Shown: positions 34,929 to 45,259, counted from the first letter of the stretch. The stretch: 64,000 nt of DNA from an uncultured bacterium (GCA_963802435.1 CAWDIT010000013.1:111113-175112); one strand, 5' to 3'. The notes: a model not told the origin generated them from the letters alone. Translations and numbers: made by a program.

Positions 34929-35633
34929 ATGGAGCCGCGCCCGTTCGACGTGCCGAAATACCTCTCGGTACTGCCGCTGTTCAACGACCTCACGCCGGTC
35001 GAACTGAAGCAACTGGCCGAAGGGTGCATGCTGCGCCGCCTGGTGCGCGGCGACATGGTCTTCCGCATGGGCGAACCCTGCAACGAGTTCCACGTGGTCG
35101 TGACGGGGCAGGTCAAGTTGTTCGTGCTGTCGCCGGCGGGGCAGGAGAAGGTGCTGGAACTGGTCGGCCCTGGCCAGAGCTTCGGCGAGGCGATCATGTT
35201 CACCGACCGCCCCTACATGCTGGGCGCGCAGTCGCTTTCGGACATGCTGCTGCTCACGGTCTCGAAGCAGGCGGTGCTGGCCGAGATCGAGCGCGACCAC
35301 CGCTTCGCACTGCGCATGCTCGCCGGGCTGTCGCGCCGCATGCACGGGCTGGTGCACGACGTCGAGGCCTATTCGCTGCACTCAGGATTGCAGCGCGTGA
35401 TCGGCTTCCTGCTGCGCGACCAGGCGCTCGATGACTGCGCGCCGACCGAGGTGCGCACGGTGTCGCTGCCGGTCAGCAAGGCGACGATCGCGTCGCGTCT
35501 GTCGCTCTCGCCCGAGTACTTCTCTCGCGTGCTGCACGAACTCGAGGCCAGCGGCCTGATCGAAATCGACCGCCGCGACATCCGGATCCTCGACGCCCAG
35601 CGGCTTTCCCAGTTCGGCCTCACGGCTGCCTGA
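34929..35633 (+). CDS. Crp/Fnr-family transcriptional regulator without an Fnr-type Cys cluster (Dnr/NnrR-like)
   Basis: cNMP-binding-like beta-barrel (GQSFGE). C-terminal HTH with the E--SR recognition motif (SPEYFSRVL). No N-terminal CxxC..C motif. Confidence 0.85.
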   Translation: MEPRPFDVPKYLSVLPLFNDLTPVELKQLAEGCMLRRLVRGDMVFRMGEPCNEFHVVVTGQVKLFVLSPAGQEKVLELVGPGQSFGEAIMFTDRPYMLGAQSLSDMLLLTVSKQAVLAEIERDHRFALRMLAGLSRRMHGLVHDVEAYSLHSGLQRVIGFLLRDQALDDCAPTEVRTVSLPVSKATIASRLSLSPEYFSRVLHELEASGLIEIDRRDIRILDAQRLSQFGLTAA

Positions 35634-35639
35634 TACGGT

Positions 35640-36135
35640 CTTGCATTCAATTGCGTAGATCAGGGCGCCCGCTTCGGTAGTTTGGCGCGGGAGCGCCAGG
35701 GCGGGCTGGCGTGTTCTGCTCCGTGCCCGGTGCCGTAGGCCCCGGGCGTTCGCCAGGCACAAACAGTCCTCAGGACTGTTTGTGTCCGGGCTCTCTCCCC
35801 CGGCGCCGGCCTTCGGCCACCGCCTCCTCCTTTACCTGCGCAGAACACGCCAGCCCGCCCTGACGCTCTGCTTCACCGCTGTCGTACCGGCGCGCACGCA
35901 AGACTGTCGCGCTGCTTCCTGGCCGAGGGCGGCGGGTGACCGGCTGCCGCAGGTAAAGGAGGAGACGCCAGCCGACAGGCTGGCGTCGGGGGACACGGAG
36001 GTAGCCGGTCACCCGCCGCTCTCGGCCTCGCGCAGGCCTTGGCATCCATACAGCCGGGATCAAGGCGGCTTGTCGCACCGATCTAAACGAGTCCGAAGCC
36101 ACCCGGATTCCTTATTGATTGAATGCGAAGCCGTA
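35640..36135. repeat. highly structured intergenic region with nested perfect inverted repeats and REP copy 2
   Basis: 23-bp inverted repeat 35697..35719 / 35840..35862. 17-bp inverted repeat 35824..35840 / 35948..35964. REP hairpin 35758..35784. Additional hairpins acgccagcc-gaca-ggctggcgt and gggtgaccggct...agccggtcaccc. Confidence 0.8.
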
Positions 36136-36170
36136 TGAGGGCTGCGGCGGCGAACGGGCGCGACGGCGGC

Positions 36171-37089
36171 TCAGGGGCGCAGCCGCGCCGAGGAGACGAC
36201 GATGCCGGCGACGATCAGGGCGAAGGCAAGCGTGTGGAACCAGCGCGGCGGCTCGCCGAGCAGGGCCGCCGACATCAGGGCTGCGAAGACCGGCGTCAGG
36301 TTGCCGAAGAAGGCGGCGAGCGCCGGCCCGCCGGCCATGATGCCCAGGCCCCAGCAGCGGAATGCGACGATCGATGGGCCCACTGCAACAAAGAGCAGCG
36401 CAGCCAGCACCCAGCCGTTCCAGGCGATCGGCGGTATGCCGTGGGCGATTTCGGCACCGGCCGCCGCACCGGCGCCGAGCAGGCCGAACACCATCTGCAC
36501 GAGCAGGAATTCGGCCCAGTTCCAGGACGGACGCTGCGGCGCGCGCATCGAGGCCGGTGGACGCGCCAGCATCCAGCTGTAGAAGGCCCAGGAGACAGTC
36601 GCGACGAGCACGTACAGATCGCCCGCGACGAACTGAACACGCGCCAGCGCCGCGGGGTCGCCACGTGCGATCACCAGCAGCACGCCGGCGATCGAGAGGC
36701 GCTGCACCGACGATCTGGCGGCGCCGCGGGTGCTCGCCGTGGAACAGCGCGCCGACGGCGAGCATCCACACCGGGCTGCTGGCGGCGATCAGTGTCACGT
36801 TGATCGGCGTGGTGGTCACGAGCGCCAGATACTGCAGCGCGTTGTAGAGGCCGACGCCGATCAGGCCGAGCCCCAAGAGGTGCGGCCAGCGCGCCGCGAT
36901 GTCGTGCGGCCGGCGCAGCACGCGCCAGCCCAGTGGCAACAGCAGCAGCGTGGCGAGCAGCCAGCGCAGGAAGTTCAGCGTCAGCGGCGGCACGCTGCCG
37001 ACGAGCAGGCGCCCGACGACGGCGTTGCCCGCCCAAAGCAACGGCGGCAGCGTCATCAGCAGCGCCACGCGTGGCGCGAGGCGCGTCAT
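36171..37089 (-). pseudogene. EamA/DMT-family transporter interrupted by a 1-nt frameshift near 36705
   Basis: The N-terminal half (MTRLAPRV..HGEHPRRRQIVGAA) and the C-terminal half (..LSIAGVLLVIARGD..) are in different frames. Removing one C from gcgCctc restores QIVGAALSIAGVLLVIA. Confidence 0.7.
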
Positions 37090-37403
37090 CGGGGCGCAGT
37101 GTCCGGCATCTGCGCGCCGCAGTTCCAGCACTGCTCGAACGGGCCGTCGATCCGCTCGCCGCAGCCGGTGCACACCCAGCGCCGGTGCGGCGGGTGGCGA
37201 AGCTCGTGCAGCAGGCTGCGCGCCGCGTCGAACTGCGCGGCGTCGGCGATCCACACCTCGGGCAGCGCCTGGTCGGGCGGGATTTCGCCGGCGATGCTGC
37301 TCGCGAAGTAGCGCTGCACGCTGGCGCTGATGCCACCGCTCGTGAGCATGTCGGCCCAGAGCGTCGCGATCGCGATGTTGGGGGCGGTGGTGAGGCGTTT
37401 CAT
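37086..37403 (-). CDS. DUF2007-like small protein with a C-terminal zinc ribbon
   Basis: 105 aa with CTGCGERIDGPFEQCWNCG at the C-terminus. ATGA overlap with the downstream DMT gene. Confidence 0.6.
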   Translation of the reverse strand: MKRLTTAPNIAIATLWADMLTSGGISASVQRYFASSIAGEIPPDQALPEVWIADAAQFDAARSLLHELRHPPHRRWVCTGCGERIDGPFEQCWNCGAQMPDTAPR

Positions 37404-37487
37404 GCGGTGTCGAACACCTCGGGGCAGGGCTTGGCAGAATTGCTGGCACGATAGCGCATTGCCACCCTAGCGACGGAGACCCCTGCC

Positions 37488-38480
37488 ATGAGCCAGACCA
37501 GCCCCACGATCCGCGTCGACCAGCACGGTGGCGCCGAAGCGATGCACCTCGTCGAACTTCCCGTGGGCGACCCCGGTCCGGGCGAGATCCGCATCCGCCA
37601 CCACGCCTGCGGGTTGAACTTCATCGACGTCTACCAGCGCGCGGGCGTCTACCCGATGACCATGCCGCTGTCGCTCGGCATGGAAGGTGCCGGCATCGTC
37701 GAGGCGGTGGGCGAGGGCGTGACGCACCTGAAGGCGGGCGACCGCGCGGCGTACGCGAGCACGCCGCCGGGCAGCTACTGCACGCTGCGCGTGATGCCGG
37801 CCAAGTGCGTCGTGAAGCTGCCCGACGCGATCAGCTTCGAGACCGGCGCGGCGATGATGTTGAAAGGCCTGACGGCGCAGTACCTGCTGAAGAGGACGCT
37901 GCCGCAGGGCGGATTGCAGGCAGGCGACTTCGTGCTGTTCCACGCCGCAGCGGGCGGCGTCGGGCTGATCGCCTGCCAGTGGGCGCATGCGCTCGGCCTG
38001 CGGTTGATCGGCACGGCAGGCACCGACGAGAAATGCGCGCTCGCCGCAGCGAACGGCGCGGCGTTCACGATCAACTACCGGAGCGAGGATTTCGCTGCCC
38101 GCGTGCGCGAGATCACCGGCGGGGCGGGCGTGAAGGTGGTGTACGACTCGATCGGCAAGGACACCTGGGACAAGTCGCTCGACTGCCTGCGCCCGTTCGG
38201 GCTGATGGCGAGCTTCGGCAACGCCTCGGGCGTGGTGCCGCCGTTCGCTCCGGGCATTCTCGGCGCGAAGGGTTCGCTCTACGTGACGCGGCAAACGCTC
38301 TTCACGCACATCGCGACGCGCGAGTCGACGCAGGCGATGGCCGACGATCTGTTCGCGGTGGTGACGGGCGGCAAGGTGAGCATCCGCATCGGCCAGCGCT
38401 ACGCCTTGAAGGACGTGGCGCAGGCGCACCGCGACCTGGAAGCGCGCAAGACGACCGGTTGCAGCGTGCTGCTGCCCTGA
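37488..38480 (+). CDS. qor: NADPH:quinone oxidoreductase (MDR superfamily)
   Basis: GLNFIDVYQRAGVYP, GMEGAGIVEAVGEGV, AAAGGVGL; 330 aa. Confidence 0.88.
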   Translation: MSQTSPTIRVDQHGGAEAMHLVELPVGDPGPGEIRIRHHACGLNFIDVYQRAGVYPMTMPLSLGMEGAGIVEAVGEGVTHLKAGDRAAYASTPPGSYCTLRVMPAKCVVKLPDAISFETGAAMMLKGLTAQYLLKRTLPQGGLQAGDFVLFHAAAGGVGLIACQWAHALGLRLIGTAGTDEKCALAAANGAAFTINYRSEDFAARVREITGGAGVKVVYDSIGKDTWDKSLDCLRPFGLMASFGNASGVVPPFAPGILGAKGSLYVTRQTLFTHIATRESTQAMADDLFAVVTGGKVSIRIGQRYALKDVAQAHRDLEARKTTGCSVLLP

Positions 38481-38487
38481 CCACCGG

Positions 38488-39297
38488 TCAGCCTGCGGCG
38501 GGCGCTGATTCGTCCACCGCCACCGCCGCGCGGTAGGCGTGCCAGGTGGCGTGGCCGAGCACCGGCCCGACGACGAGCAGGCCGAGGAATCCGGGCAGCA
38601 TCGCGAGCACGACGAGCAGCGTGATCAGCGTGCCCCACAGCAGCATCACGCCGGGCTGCGCGAGGCACAGGCGGATGCTCGTCAGGCCGGAGCTGATGGC
38701 ATCGGTCTGGCGGTCGAGGATCATCGGGATCGAGACCACGCTGACGGCGAAGATCAGCGCTGCGAAGGCGCTGCCGACGCCCATGTAGGCGACGATGAAT
38801 TCGGTGTTCTCGGGGTCGACGAGCTTGAGCAGCGAACCCTTGAAGTCCGGCATGCCGTCGAAGCTGAGCGCGAAGACGACCAGTGACGCGCGCGCCCAGA
38901 CCATCTCGAGCACGAGCAGCACGGTGCCGAAGACCGCCATCGTCCCCATCTTCGTATCCCAGGCGGTGAGCGACTCGCCGAGGTCGGGATGCTCGCCGCG
39001 TTCGAGCTTGCGGCTCACGTCGTAGAGGCCGAGGCAGAGGAAGGGTCCGACGAGCAGGAACCCCGCGCTCAGCGCGAGCGTCCACGCCGGCGAGTACTCG
39101 AAGACCTTCAGCAGCAGCCAGCCCATCACGGCGAAACAGCCGCCGTAGAACACGCCGATGACGGGCGCGCGGCGCAAGTCGCGCCAGCCTGCGGCGAGCC
39201 AGCGCAAAGGATCGGTCAGCCGAAGCTCGTTCAGCCGGATGTCGAAGGCCGAGTCGGAGGCGGGCGCGGAAGAGCGGGTCTCGGTGGGCTTGCTCAT
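38488..39297 (-). CDS. DUF2189-family integral membrane protein
   Basis: ATG at 39297. PLRWLAAGWRDLRRAP..GVFYGGCF and several TM segments. Family recognised from memory only. Confidence 0.6.
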   Translation of the reverse strand: MSKPTETRSSAPASDSAFDIRLNELRLTDPLRWLAAGWRDLRRAPVIGVFYGGCFAVMGWLLLKVFEYSPAWTLALSAGFLLVGPFLCLGLYDVSRKLERGEHPDLGESLTAWDTKMGTMAVFGTVLLVLEMVWARASLVVFALSFDGMPDFKGSLLKLVDPENTEFIVAYMGVGSAFAALIFAVSVVSIPMILDRQTDAISSGLTSIRLCLAQPGVMLLWGTLITLLVVLAMLPGFLGLLVVGPVLGHATWHAYRAAVAVDESAPAAG

Positions 39298-39314
39298 CGC
39301 GCGATTCTGCCGAA

Positions 39315-39809
39315 TTAGCGCCTCGTGCGTCTGACGCGCAACAGTTCGTCCAGGATCAACAGGGCCGCGCCGGTCGTGATCGCGCTGTCGGCGACGTTGA
39401 ACGACGGGAAGTACCAGCCGGCGTAGTGGACCTGGATGAAGTCGACCACGTAGCCGTGCAACAGGCGGTCGATCACGTTGCCCACGGCTCCACCGAGGAT
39501 CAGCGCGAGTGCCCACCCGAATAGCCGCTGCCCGCCATGGCTGCGCAGCATCCAGACGATGAAGACGGCTGCCACTGCGCCGAGGCCGACGAAGAACCAG
39601 CGCTGCCAGCCCGCCGCGCCGGCGAGGAAGCTGAACGCCGCGCCGGTGTTGTGCACGCGCACGACGTTGAAGAACGAGGTGACCGTGCGGCTGTGGCCGA
39701 GATCGAAGCTGCCGAGGATCAGTGTCTTCGTGAACTGGTCGAGAAGGACGATGGCGAGTGCAATGCCAAGCCAGCGCAACAGCCCGCCCGACGACTTCGT
39801 ACTGGCCAT
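39315..39809 (-). CDS. lspA: lipoprotein signal peptidase (signal peptidase II)
   Basis: ATGA overlap with the ileS stop. [37 protein letters not shown]. Confidence 0.93.
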   Translation of the reverse strand: MASTKSSGGLLRWLGIALAIVLLDQFTKTLILGSFDLGHSRTVTSFFNVVRVHNTGAAFSFLAGAAGWQRWFFVGLGAVAAVFIVWMLRSHGGQRLFGWALALILGGAVGNVIDRLLHGYVVDFIQVHYAGWYFPSFNVADSAITTGAALLILDELLRVRRTRR

Positions 39810-42712
39810 CAGGCGAACTCGCGCTTCTCGCCCGGGCCGTGGAGATTGCTCGTGCAGCGGCCGCAAATCGTCGGGTGCGTCGGGTCGTGGCCGACGTCGT
39901 CGCGGTAGTGCCAGCAGCGGGCGCACTTGGGGGCAGCCGCCGCCGCGACTTCGACAGCGAAGTCTTCCCCGGTGGCCAGCGTGGCCTGCGAAGTGATGGT
40001 CACGAAGCGCAGGTCCTTGCCCAGTGTCGCGAGCAACGCGTGATCGGCTTCGCCGGCGGTGATGCGAACGTTTGCCTGCAGCGAAGAGCCGATCGCGCCG
40101 GCGGTGCGCAGCTCCTCGATCGCCTTGTTGCAGAGGTCGCGCACTTCGCGGATGCGTGCCCACTTCGCGAGCAAGGCTTCATCCGGCGCCGGAAAGCGCC
40201 AGTATGTCTCGCTGAAGATCGACGGCGACGAGGGCTGTGAGTGCGTCGCCGCCGAGGCGGTGCCGCGGGGCGCGAACACCTGCCACGCTTCCTCGGCGGT
40301 GAAGCTGAGGAACGGCGCCATCCAGCGCAGCATTGCGTGCGTGATGTGCCACAGCGCGGTCTGCGCCGAGCGCCGCGCGGGCGACTTCGGCGCCGTCGTG
40401 TACAGGCGGTCCTTCAGGATGTCGAGGTAGAACGCGCCGAGGTCTTCGCTGCAGAAGACCTGCAGCTTGGCGACCACCGGGTGGAATTCGTAGACCTCGT
40501 AGTGCGCGAGGACCTCGGCCTGGAACTGCGCCGCGCGGGCGAGAGCCCAGCGGTCGATCTCGAGCATCTCGGCTGGCGACACCGCATCGGTCGCGGCATC
40601 GAAGTCGCTCGTGTTGGCGAGCAGGAAGCGCAGCGTGTTGCGGATGCGGCGGTAACCGTCGACGACGCGGGCGAGGATCTTGTCGTCGCCGGCGATGTCG
40701 CCCGAGTAGTCGCTCGCCGCGACCCACAGGCGGATGATCTCGGCGCCGAGCTTGCGGCTCACCGCCTGCGGCTCGATGCCGTTGCCGAGCGACTTGCTCA
40801 TCTTGCGGCCCTGGCTGTCGACCGTGAAGCCGTGCGTCAGCAGGCCGCGATACGGCGCGCGACCTTCGAGCGCGCAGGCGATCAGCAGCGAAGAGTGGAA
40901 CCAGCCGCGGTGCTGGTCGTGACCCTCGAGGTAGAGGTCGGCCTCGGGGCCGCTGGCGTGGTATCCGGGGTGCTCCTTCGTTCCGCGGTGCGTGCCGCGC
41001 AGCACGTGGAAGAAGGTCGATCCCGAGTCGAACCAGACCTCGAGGATGTCGCTGCTCTTCGCGTAGTGCGCGGCGTCGGGCGCACCGAGGATCTGCTCGG
41101 CCGTCACGCGGCTCCAGGCCTCGATGCCGCCGGCCTCGACGATCGCCGCGGCCTGGTCGAGGATCTCCATCGTCCGCGGGTGCAGTTCGCCGCTGTCCTT
41201 GTGCAGGAAGAACGGCAGCGGCACGCCCCAGCTGCGCTGGCGGCTGATGCACCAGTCGGGCCGGTTGGCGATCATGTCACGCAGGCGGGCGCGGCCGTTC
41301 TCGGGAAAGAAGCCGGTCTGGTCGATCGCATCGAGCGCCGTCTGGCGCAGCGTGCGCGGCGCCTTGTCCTTCGTAAACACGCCTTCGCCCTCGTCCATGC
41401 GGATGAACCACTGCGCCGCCGCGCGATAGATCACCGGGCTCTTGTGGCGCCAGCAGTGGGGGTAGCTGTGGGTGATCGTCGCGGTGGCGAAGAGCCGGCC
41501 GGCGTCGTTCAGCGCCGCGATGACGACCGGCACCGCCTTCCAGATGTCGAGGCCACCGAAGAGCGGGAAGTCCGCTGCGTACGAACCGTTGCCCTGCACC
41601 GGGTTCAGGATGTCGTCGTAGGCGAGACCGTGCGCGACGCAGGAGTTGAAGTCGTCCACGCCGTAGGCGGGCGACGAGTGGACGATGCCGGTGCCGTCTT
41701 CGGCCGTCGCGTAGTCGGCCAGGTAGACGGGCGAGAGGCGGTCGTAGCCCGCATCGACCTGCGCGAGCGGATGGCGAAAGGCGATGCCGCCGAGCATCTC
41801 GCCCTTCGTCGTTGCGATCACCGTCCCGGCCAGCCCGTAGCGCTGCAGGCAGCTCTCGACGAGCGAGGCGGCGAGCACCAGCAGTCCGCGTTCGGTATCG
41901 ACGAGTGCGTAGTCGAGCTTGGGGTTCAGGTTCAACGCCTGGTTGGCCGGCAGCGTCCAGGCGGTCGTGGTCCAGATCACCGCGAACGCGTCCCGGGCCA
42001 GCGTCGTGAGGCCGAAGGCGCTCGCCAGGCGTTGCGGGTCGGCGCAGAGGAAGCCGACGTCGACCGTCTGGCTCGTCTTGTCGGCGTATTCGATCTCGAA
42101 TTCGGCCAGCGACGAGCCGCAGTCGAAGCACCAGTACACGGGTTTCAGGCCGCGGTAGACGAAGCCGCGCTCGATGACACGCTTGAAGGCGCGGATCTCG
42201 CCGGCCTCGTTCATCGGGTCCATCGTCGCGTAGCGGTTCGCCCAGTCGCCGAGCACGCCCAGGCGCTTGAAGTCCTCCCGCTGCAGCGCGATCTGCTCGG
42301 TGGCATAGGCACGGCCTTTGGCCTGCATGTCGTCGCGGCTCAGGTGGCGGCCGAACTGCTTTTCGATCGCGTTCTCGATCGGCAGGCCGTGGCAGTCCCA
42401 GCCCGGCACGTACTGCGCATCGAAGCCGGCCAGCTGGCGCGCCTTGACGATCATGTCCTTGAGCACCTTGTTGACGGCGTGGCCCATATGGATCTGGCCG
42501 TTCGCGTACGGCGGGCCGTCGTGCAGCACGAAGAGCGGCGCACCGTGGCGAGCGTCGCGCAGCTTCCTGTAGACGCCGCTATCGTCCCACGCCTTCACCC
42601 AGCCGGGCTCGCGCTTCGGCAAGTCGCCGCGCATCGGGAACGGCGTGTCCGGCAGGTTCAGCGTCGAGCGGTAGTCGGTCGGGGCGGCGGGGGTGGAAGG
42701 CTGGTCAGCCAT
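39809..42712 (-). CDS. ileS: isoleucine--tRNA ligase
   Basis: 967 aa with HMGH (HIGH) and KMSKS motifs and a C-terminal Zn-binding CxxC..CxxC. Confidence 0.97.
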   Translation of the reverse strand: MADQPSTPAAPTDYRSTLNLPDTPFPMRGDLPKREPGWVKAWDDSGVYRKLRDARHGAPLFVLHDGPPYANGQIHMGHAVNKVLKDMIVKARQLAGFDAQYVPGWDCHGLPIENAIEKQFGRHLSRDDMQAKGRAYATEQIALQREDFKRLGVLGDWANRYATMDPMNEAGEIRAFKRVIERGFVYRGLKPVYWCFDCGSSLAEFEIEYADKTSQTVDVGFLCADPQRLASAFGLTTLARDAFAVIWTTTAWTLPANQALNLNPKLDYALVDTERGLLVLAASLVESCLQRYGLAGTVIATTKGEMLGGIAFRHPLAQVDAGYDRLSPVYLADYATAEDGTGIVHSSPAYGVDDFNSCVAHGLAYDDILNPVQGNGSYAADFPLFGGLDIWKAVPVVIAALNDAGRLFATATITHSYPHCWRHKSPVIYRAAAQWFIRMDEGEGVFTKDKAPRTLRQTALDAIDQTGFFPENGRARLRDMIANRPDWCISRQRSWGVPLPFFLHKDSGELHPRTMEILDQAAAIVEAGGIEAWSRVTAEQILGAPDAAHYAKSSDILEVWFDSGSTFFHVLRGTHRGTKEHPGYHASGPEADLYLEGHDQHRGWFHSSLLIACALEGRAPYRGLLTHGFTVDSQGRKMSKSLGNGIEPQAVSRKLGAEIIRLWVAASDYSGDIAGDDKILARVVDGYRRIRNTLRFLLANTSDFDAATDAVSPAEMLEIDRWALARAAQFQAEVLAHYEVYEFHPVVAKLQVFCSEDLGAFYLDILKDRLYTTAPKSPARRSAQTALWHITHAMLRWMAPFLSFTAEEAWQVFAPRGTASAATHSQPSSPSIFSETYWRFPAPDEALLAKWARIREVRDLCNKAIEELRTAGAIGSSLQANVRITAGEADHALLATLGKDLRFVTITSQATLATGEDFAVEVAAAAAPKCARCWHYRDDVGHDPTHPTICGRCTSNLHGPGEKREFA

Positions 42713-42826
42713 GACAGGTCCTTGCGGGCAGAACGCTCCCGTGCGTGCGGGAGTCCATCGTCGGGGAGTGCAGCGGCGCGGTGGCGACGCCGTGGGCGCC
42801 CGCCGGCTTGCGCCGGGCGGCGCAGG

Positions 42827-43849
42827 TCAAATTCGGTCGCGTGTCGTCTGGCGACGCTGCGCCGCATGCTCGGCGAAGAAGGCGCGCGCGTCGGTCACGT
42901 CCTTGCGTATCGCGGACGTCAGCGCGGGCAGCCCGTCGTAGCGGGTCTCGTCGCGGAGTTTGTGCAGCAGTTCCACGCGGGCGAGTTTACCGTAGCCTCC
43001 CTCCGGGCCCAGCGCTTGCGGCCACTCGAGGCAATGCACCTCGAGCAGCACGCGACCCGCACCTTCGATCGTCGGCCGCACGCCGAGGCTGGCCACGCCC
43101 GGAACGGCCTCGTCGGCGAGGCCGAAAGTCCGCACCACGTAGACGCCCGTCGCCGCTGCGCGCGCGTGCGGGAAGCGCAGGTTGAGCGTGCGAAAACCGT
43201 CGTCGCGGTCCAGCGCGCTGCGGCCGAGATCGCGCCCGAGCTTGCGGCCGTGCAGCACGTGGCCGCTGATGCTGTACGGTCGGCCGAGCAGGCTCGCGAC
43301 GAGTTCCATGTTCCCGGCCGCGAGCGCGTCGCGCACCGCCGAACTGCTGACGCGCAGGCCGTGCACTTCGTAGCTGTTCATGCGCGCGACGTCGAAGCCC
43401 TGCGCCTGGCCCGCCGCGTCGAGCATTGCATAGTCGCCTGCGCGTCGCGCGCCGAAGCGGAAGTCGTCGCCGACCAGCACGTAGCGAGTGCCCAGGCCCT
43501 TCACCAGCACCTCGGCGATGAAGGCCTGCGGCGACTGGCTGGCAAACGCGGCGTCGAAGCGCATCACGACCACCTGCTCGATGTCGCAGCGCTCGAGCTC
43601 GCTCAGCTTGTCGCGCAGCGTCGCGATGCGCGGCGGCGCGAGCCCGGGCTTGTTGGCCAGTTGCGCGAAGAAGTCGCGCGGATGCGGTTCGAAGGTCAGC
43701 ACGCAGGTCGGCAGTCCGCGGTGCTGGGCCTCCGAGCGCAGCAGCGCCAGCATGGCCTGGTGGCCGCGATGCACGCCGTCGAAATTGCCGATGGTGAGCG
43801 CGCAGGCGCCGGCGATGCCGGGATGGTGGACGCCGCGGAAGACCTGCAT
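42827..43849 (-). CDS. ribF: bifunctional riboflavin kinase / FMN adenylyltransferase
   Basis: GNFDGVHRGH, an FAD synthetase N-terminal domain, and a riboflavin kinase C-terminal domain (GRKLGRDLG, PTIE). It lies upstream of ileS-lspA. Confidence 0.93.
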   Translation of the reverse strand: MQVFRGVHHPGIAGACALTIGNFDGVHRGHQAMLALLRSEAQHRGLPTCVLTFEPHPRDFFAQLANKPGLAPPRIATLRDKLSELERCDIEQVVVMRFDAAFASQSPQAFIAEVLVKGLGTRYVLVGDDFRFGARRAGDYAMLDAAGQAQGFDVARMNSYEVHGLRVSSSAVRDALAAGNMELVASLLGRPYSISGHVLHGRKLGRDLGRSALDRDDGFRTLNLRFPHARAAATGVYVVRTFGLADEAVPGVASLGVRPTIEGAGRVLLEVHCLEWPQALGPEGGYGKLARVELLHKLRDETRYDGLPALTSAIRKDVTDARAFFAEHAAQRRQTTRDRI

Positions 43850-44018
43850 CGGCGAATTATGGGGCGCTGTCGCTGGAGCGCTCTCAAGGAAACGCCGGGC
43901 CGCCCCGGGTTTTGCCGGGCTTCGCCCTCTCGCCTTCGGCTTCGCGCAACTTCGCTTCGCTCGTTGTCTTGCACCCCCGCCGGGGGCGGACGCCGCAAGG
44001 CGGAGGCCTTGGGGGCGC

Positions 44019-44519
44019 TCAGGAAGCGCTGGCTGCCGGTTGCCGCCTGGCGGCGGTCCAGCGATCGAGCTTCTCGCGCGCGCCGTTGCGGGCGGGATCC
44101 ATGGCGCCGGCGTGGCTGGGCGCCTTCGCTGCGAGCTCGATCACATAGCCGTTCGGGTCGCGGAAGTAGATCGAGTGAATGAAGCCGTGGTCCGAGATGC
44201 CACGGGTCTCGATGCCGGCCGCCTTGCCCTTGGCGAACATGTCGTGGAGGGTCTGCGAGTCGACCTCCAGCGCGATGTGCAGGTCGTAGTCGTGCTGCAC
44301 CTTGAAATCGAAGGGCATGTCGGGCGCCTCGAAGAACGCCAGATAGGAGCCGTCGCCGAGCTGGTAGAACGTGTGCAGGGTGTCGGTCTTGCGGCCGCTC
44401 TTCGTCTCACCGATTTCCAGCGTTCCGGCCAGCGGCAGGCCGAGGAAGCCTTCGTAGAAGCGCCGCGTCTCTTCCGAATCTCGGCAGCGGTAGGCGTTGT
44501 GGTGCAGACCCTGGATCAT
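44019..44519 (-). CDS. VOC (glyoxalase/bleomycin-resistance/dioxygenase) family protein
   Basis: MIQGLHHNAYRC..FYEGFLGL..HIALEV..IYFRDPNGYVIEL. Confidence 0.8.
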   Translation of the reverse strand: MIQGLHHNAYRCRDSEETRRFYEGFLGLPLAGTLEIGETKSGRKTDTLHTFYQLGDGSYLAFFEAPDMPFDFKVQHDYDLHIALEVDSQTLHDMFAKGKAAGIETRGISDHGFIHSIYFRDPNGYVIELAAKAPSHAGAMDPARNGAREKLDRWTAARRQPAASAS

Positions 44520-44547
44520 GGTGTCTCTCCCCGAAGACGCGAGGGAT

Positions 44548-45222
44548 TCAGATCGTGACGAACGACTTGTCCTTGAGCGACGCGGCGAAGCCGTCGATGG
44601 CCTCGTGCACCTTGGGCCAGCTCTCGAGTGCCTTCATCTTGCCGAGCCAGCGTTGGATGTTCGGATAGGCGGCGTAGCTGCAACCAATGAGTTCGCCGGC
44701 CGCGATCATCTCGGCCCCCAGGTAGTCGGCCAGCGTGATCTGGTCGCCGCACAGGTAGGCCTTGTGCGGGCCGATCAGGCTCTCGTCGAGGATCTTCAGC
44801 CAGGACTGCGTCTTCTGCCGGCCCCAGGCCAGCGTGCCCGCCTGCACCTCCGCGTTCGGTCGCACGTGATGCGGGAACGCCTGCGGATAGACCAGCCCGT
44901 AGCCGAAGTCCCTGTAGATGTTGGCGTTGAACCAGTCCATCATCTCGTTGACGCGGGCGCGCGCCTTCAGATCCTTCGGGTAGGCGGGCGAACCTGCCCT
45001 GTCGGCAAGGTACTTGACGATCGCCGAGCATTCGGTCAGCCGGAAGTCTCCATCCTCGAGGACGGGGACCATGCAGTTGGGATTGATCTTCGCGAACTCG
45101 GGCTTGTGATGCTCGCCGGTGAAAAGATCGACGACCTGGTATTCGAGATCGATTCCCTGATCCACCGCAAACTGCTGGACGATCCGGCTCGTCGTCGATG
45201 CGGGATGGAAGTAGAGCTTCAT
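44548..45222 (-). CDS. glutathione S-transferase family protein
   Basis: ATG at 45222. MKLYFHPASTTS..VPVLEDGDFRLTECSAIVKYL, followed by a helical C-terminal domain. Confidence 0.82.
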   Translation of the reverse strand: MKLYFHPASTTSRIVQQFAVDQGIDLEYQVVDLFTGEHHKPEFAKINPNCMVPVLEDGDFRLTECSAIVKYLADRAGSPAYPKDLKARARVNEMMDWFNANIYRDFGYGLVYPQAFPHHVRPNAEVQAGTLAWGRQKTQSWLKILDESLIGPHKAYLCGDQITLADYLGAEMIAAGELIGCSYAAYPNIQRWLGKMKALESWPKVHEAIDGFAASLKDKSFVTI

Positions 45223-45259
45223 CGGTGGTTCTCCTGGCGCGAGAGTCGCGGGGCGCAGT

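Noticed and set aside
38477-38491. Hairpin CTGACC-ACC-GGTCAG containing the stop codons of both convergent genes (qor and DUF2189)
   Set aside because: A 6-bp stem with no U-tract on either strand is too weak to call a terminator. It is probably coincidental.
43850-44018. Intergenic region with five CTTCG pentamers and small GC hairpins between VOC and ribF
   Set aside because: No long perfect repeat, dyad or ORF is present. It looks like generic GC-rich spacer or promoter sequence, and I could not tie it to the other repeat families in the window.
40241-44182. 1313-aa ORF on the plus strand
   Set aside because: It is antisense to ileS and ribF. The composition is dominated by Arg/Ala/Gly/Val/Asp, as expected for shadow frames in very GC-rich DNA, and it has no recognisable motifs. 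The opposite strand carries unmistakable ileS and ribF.
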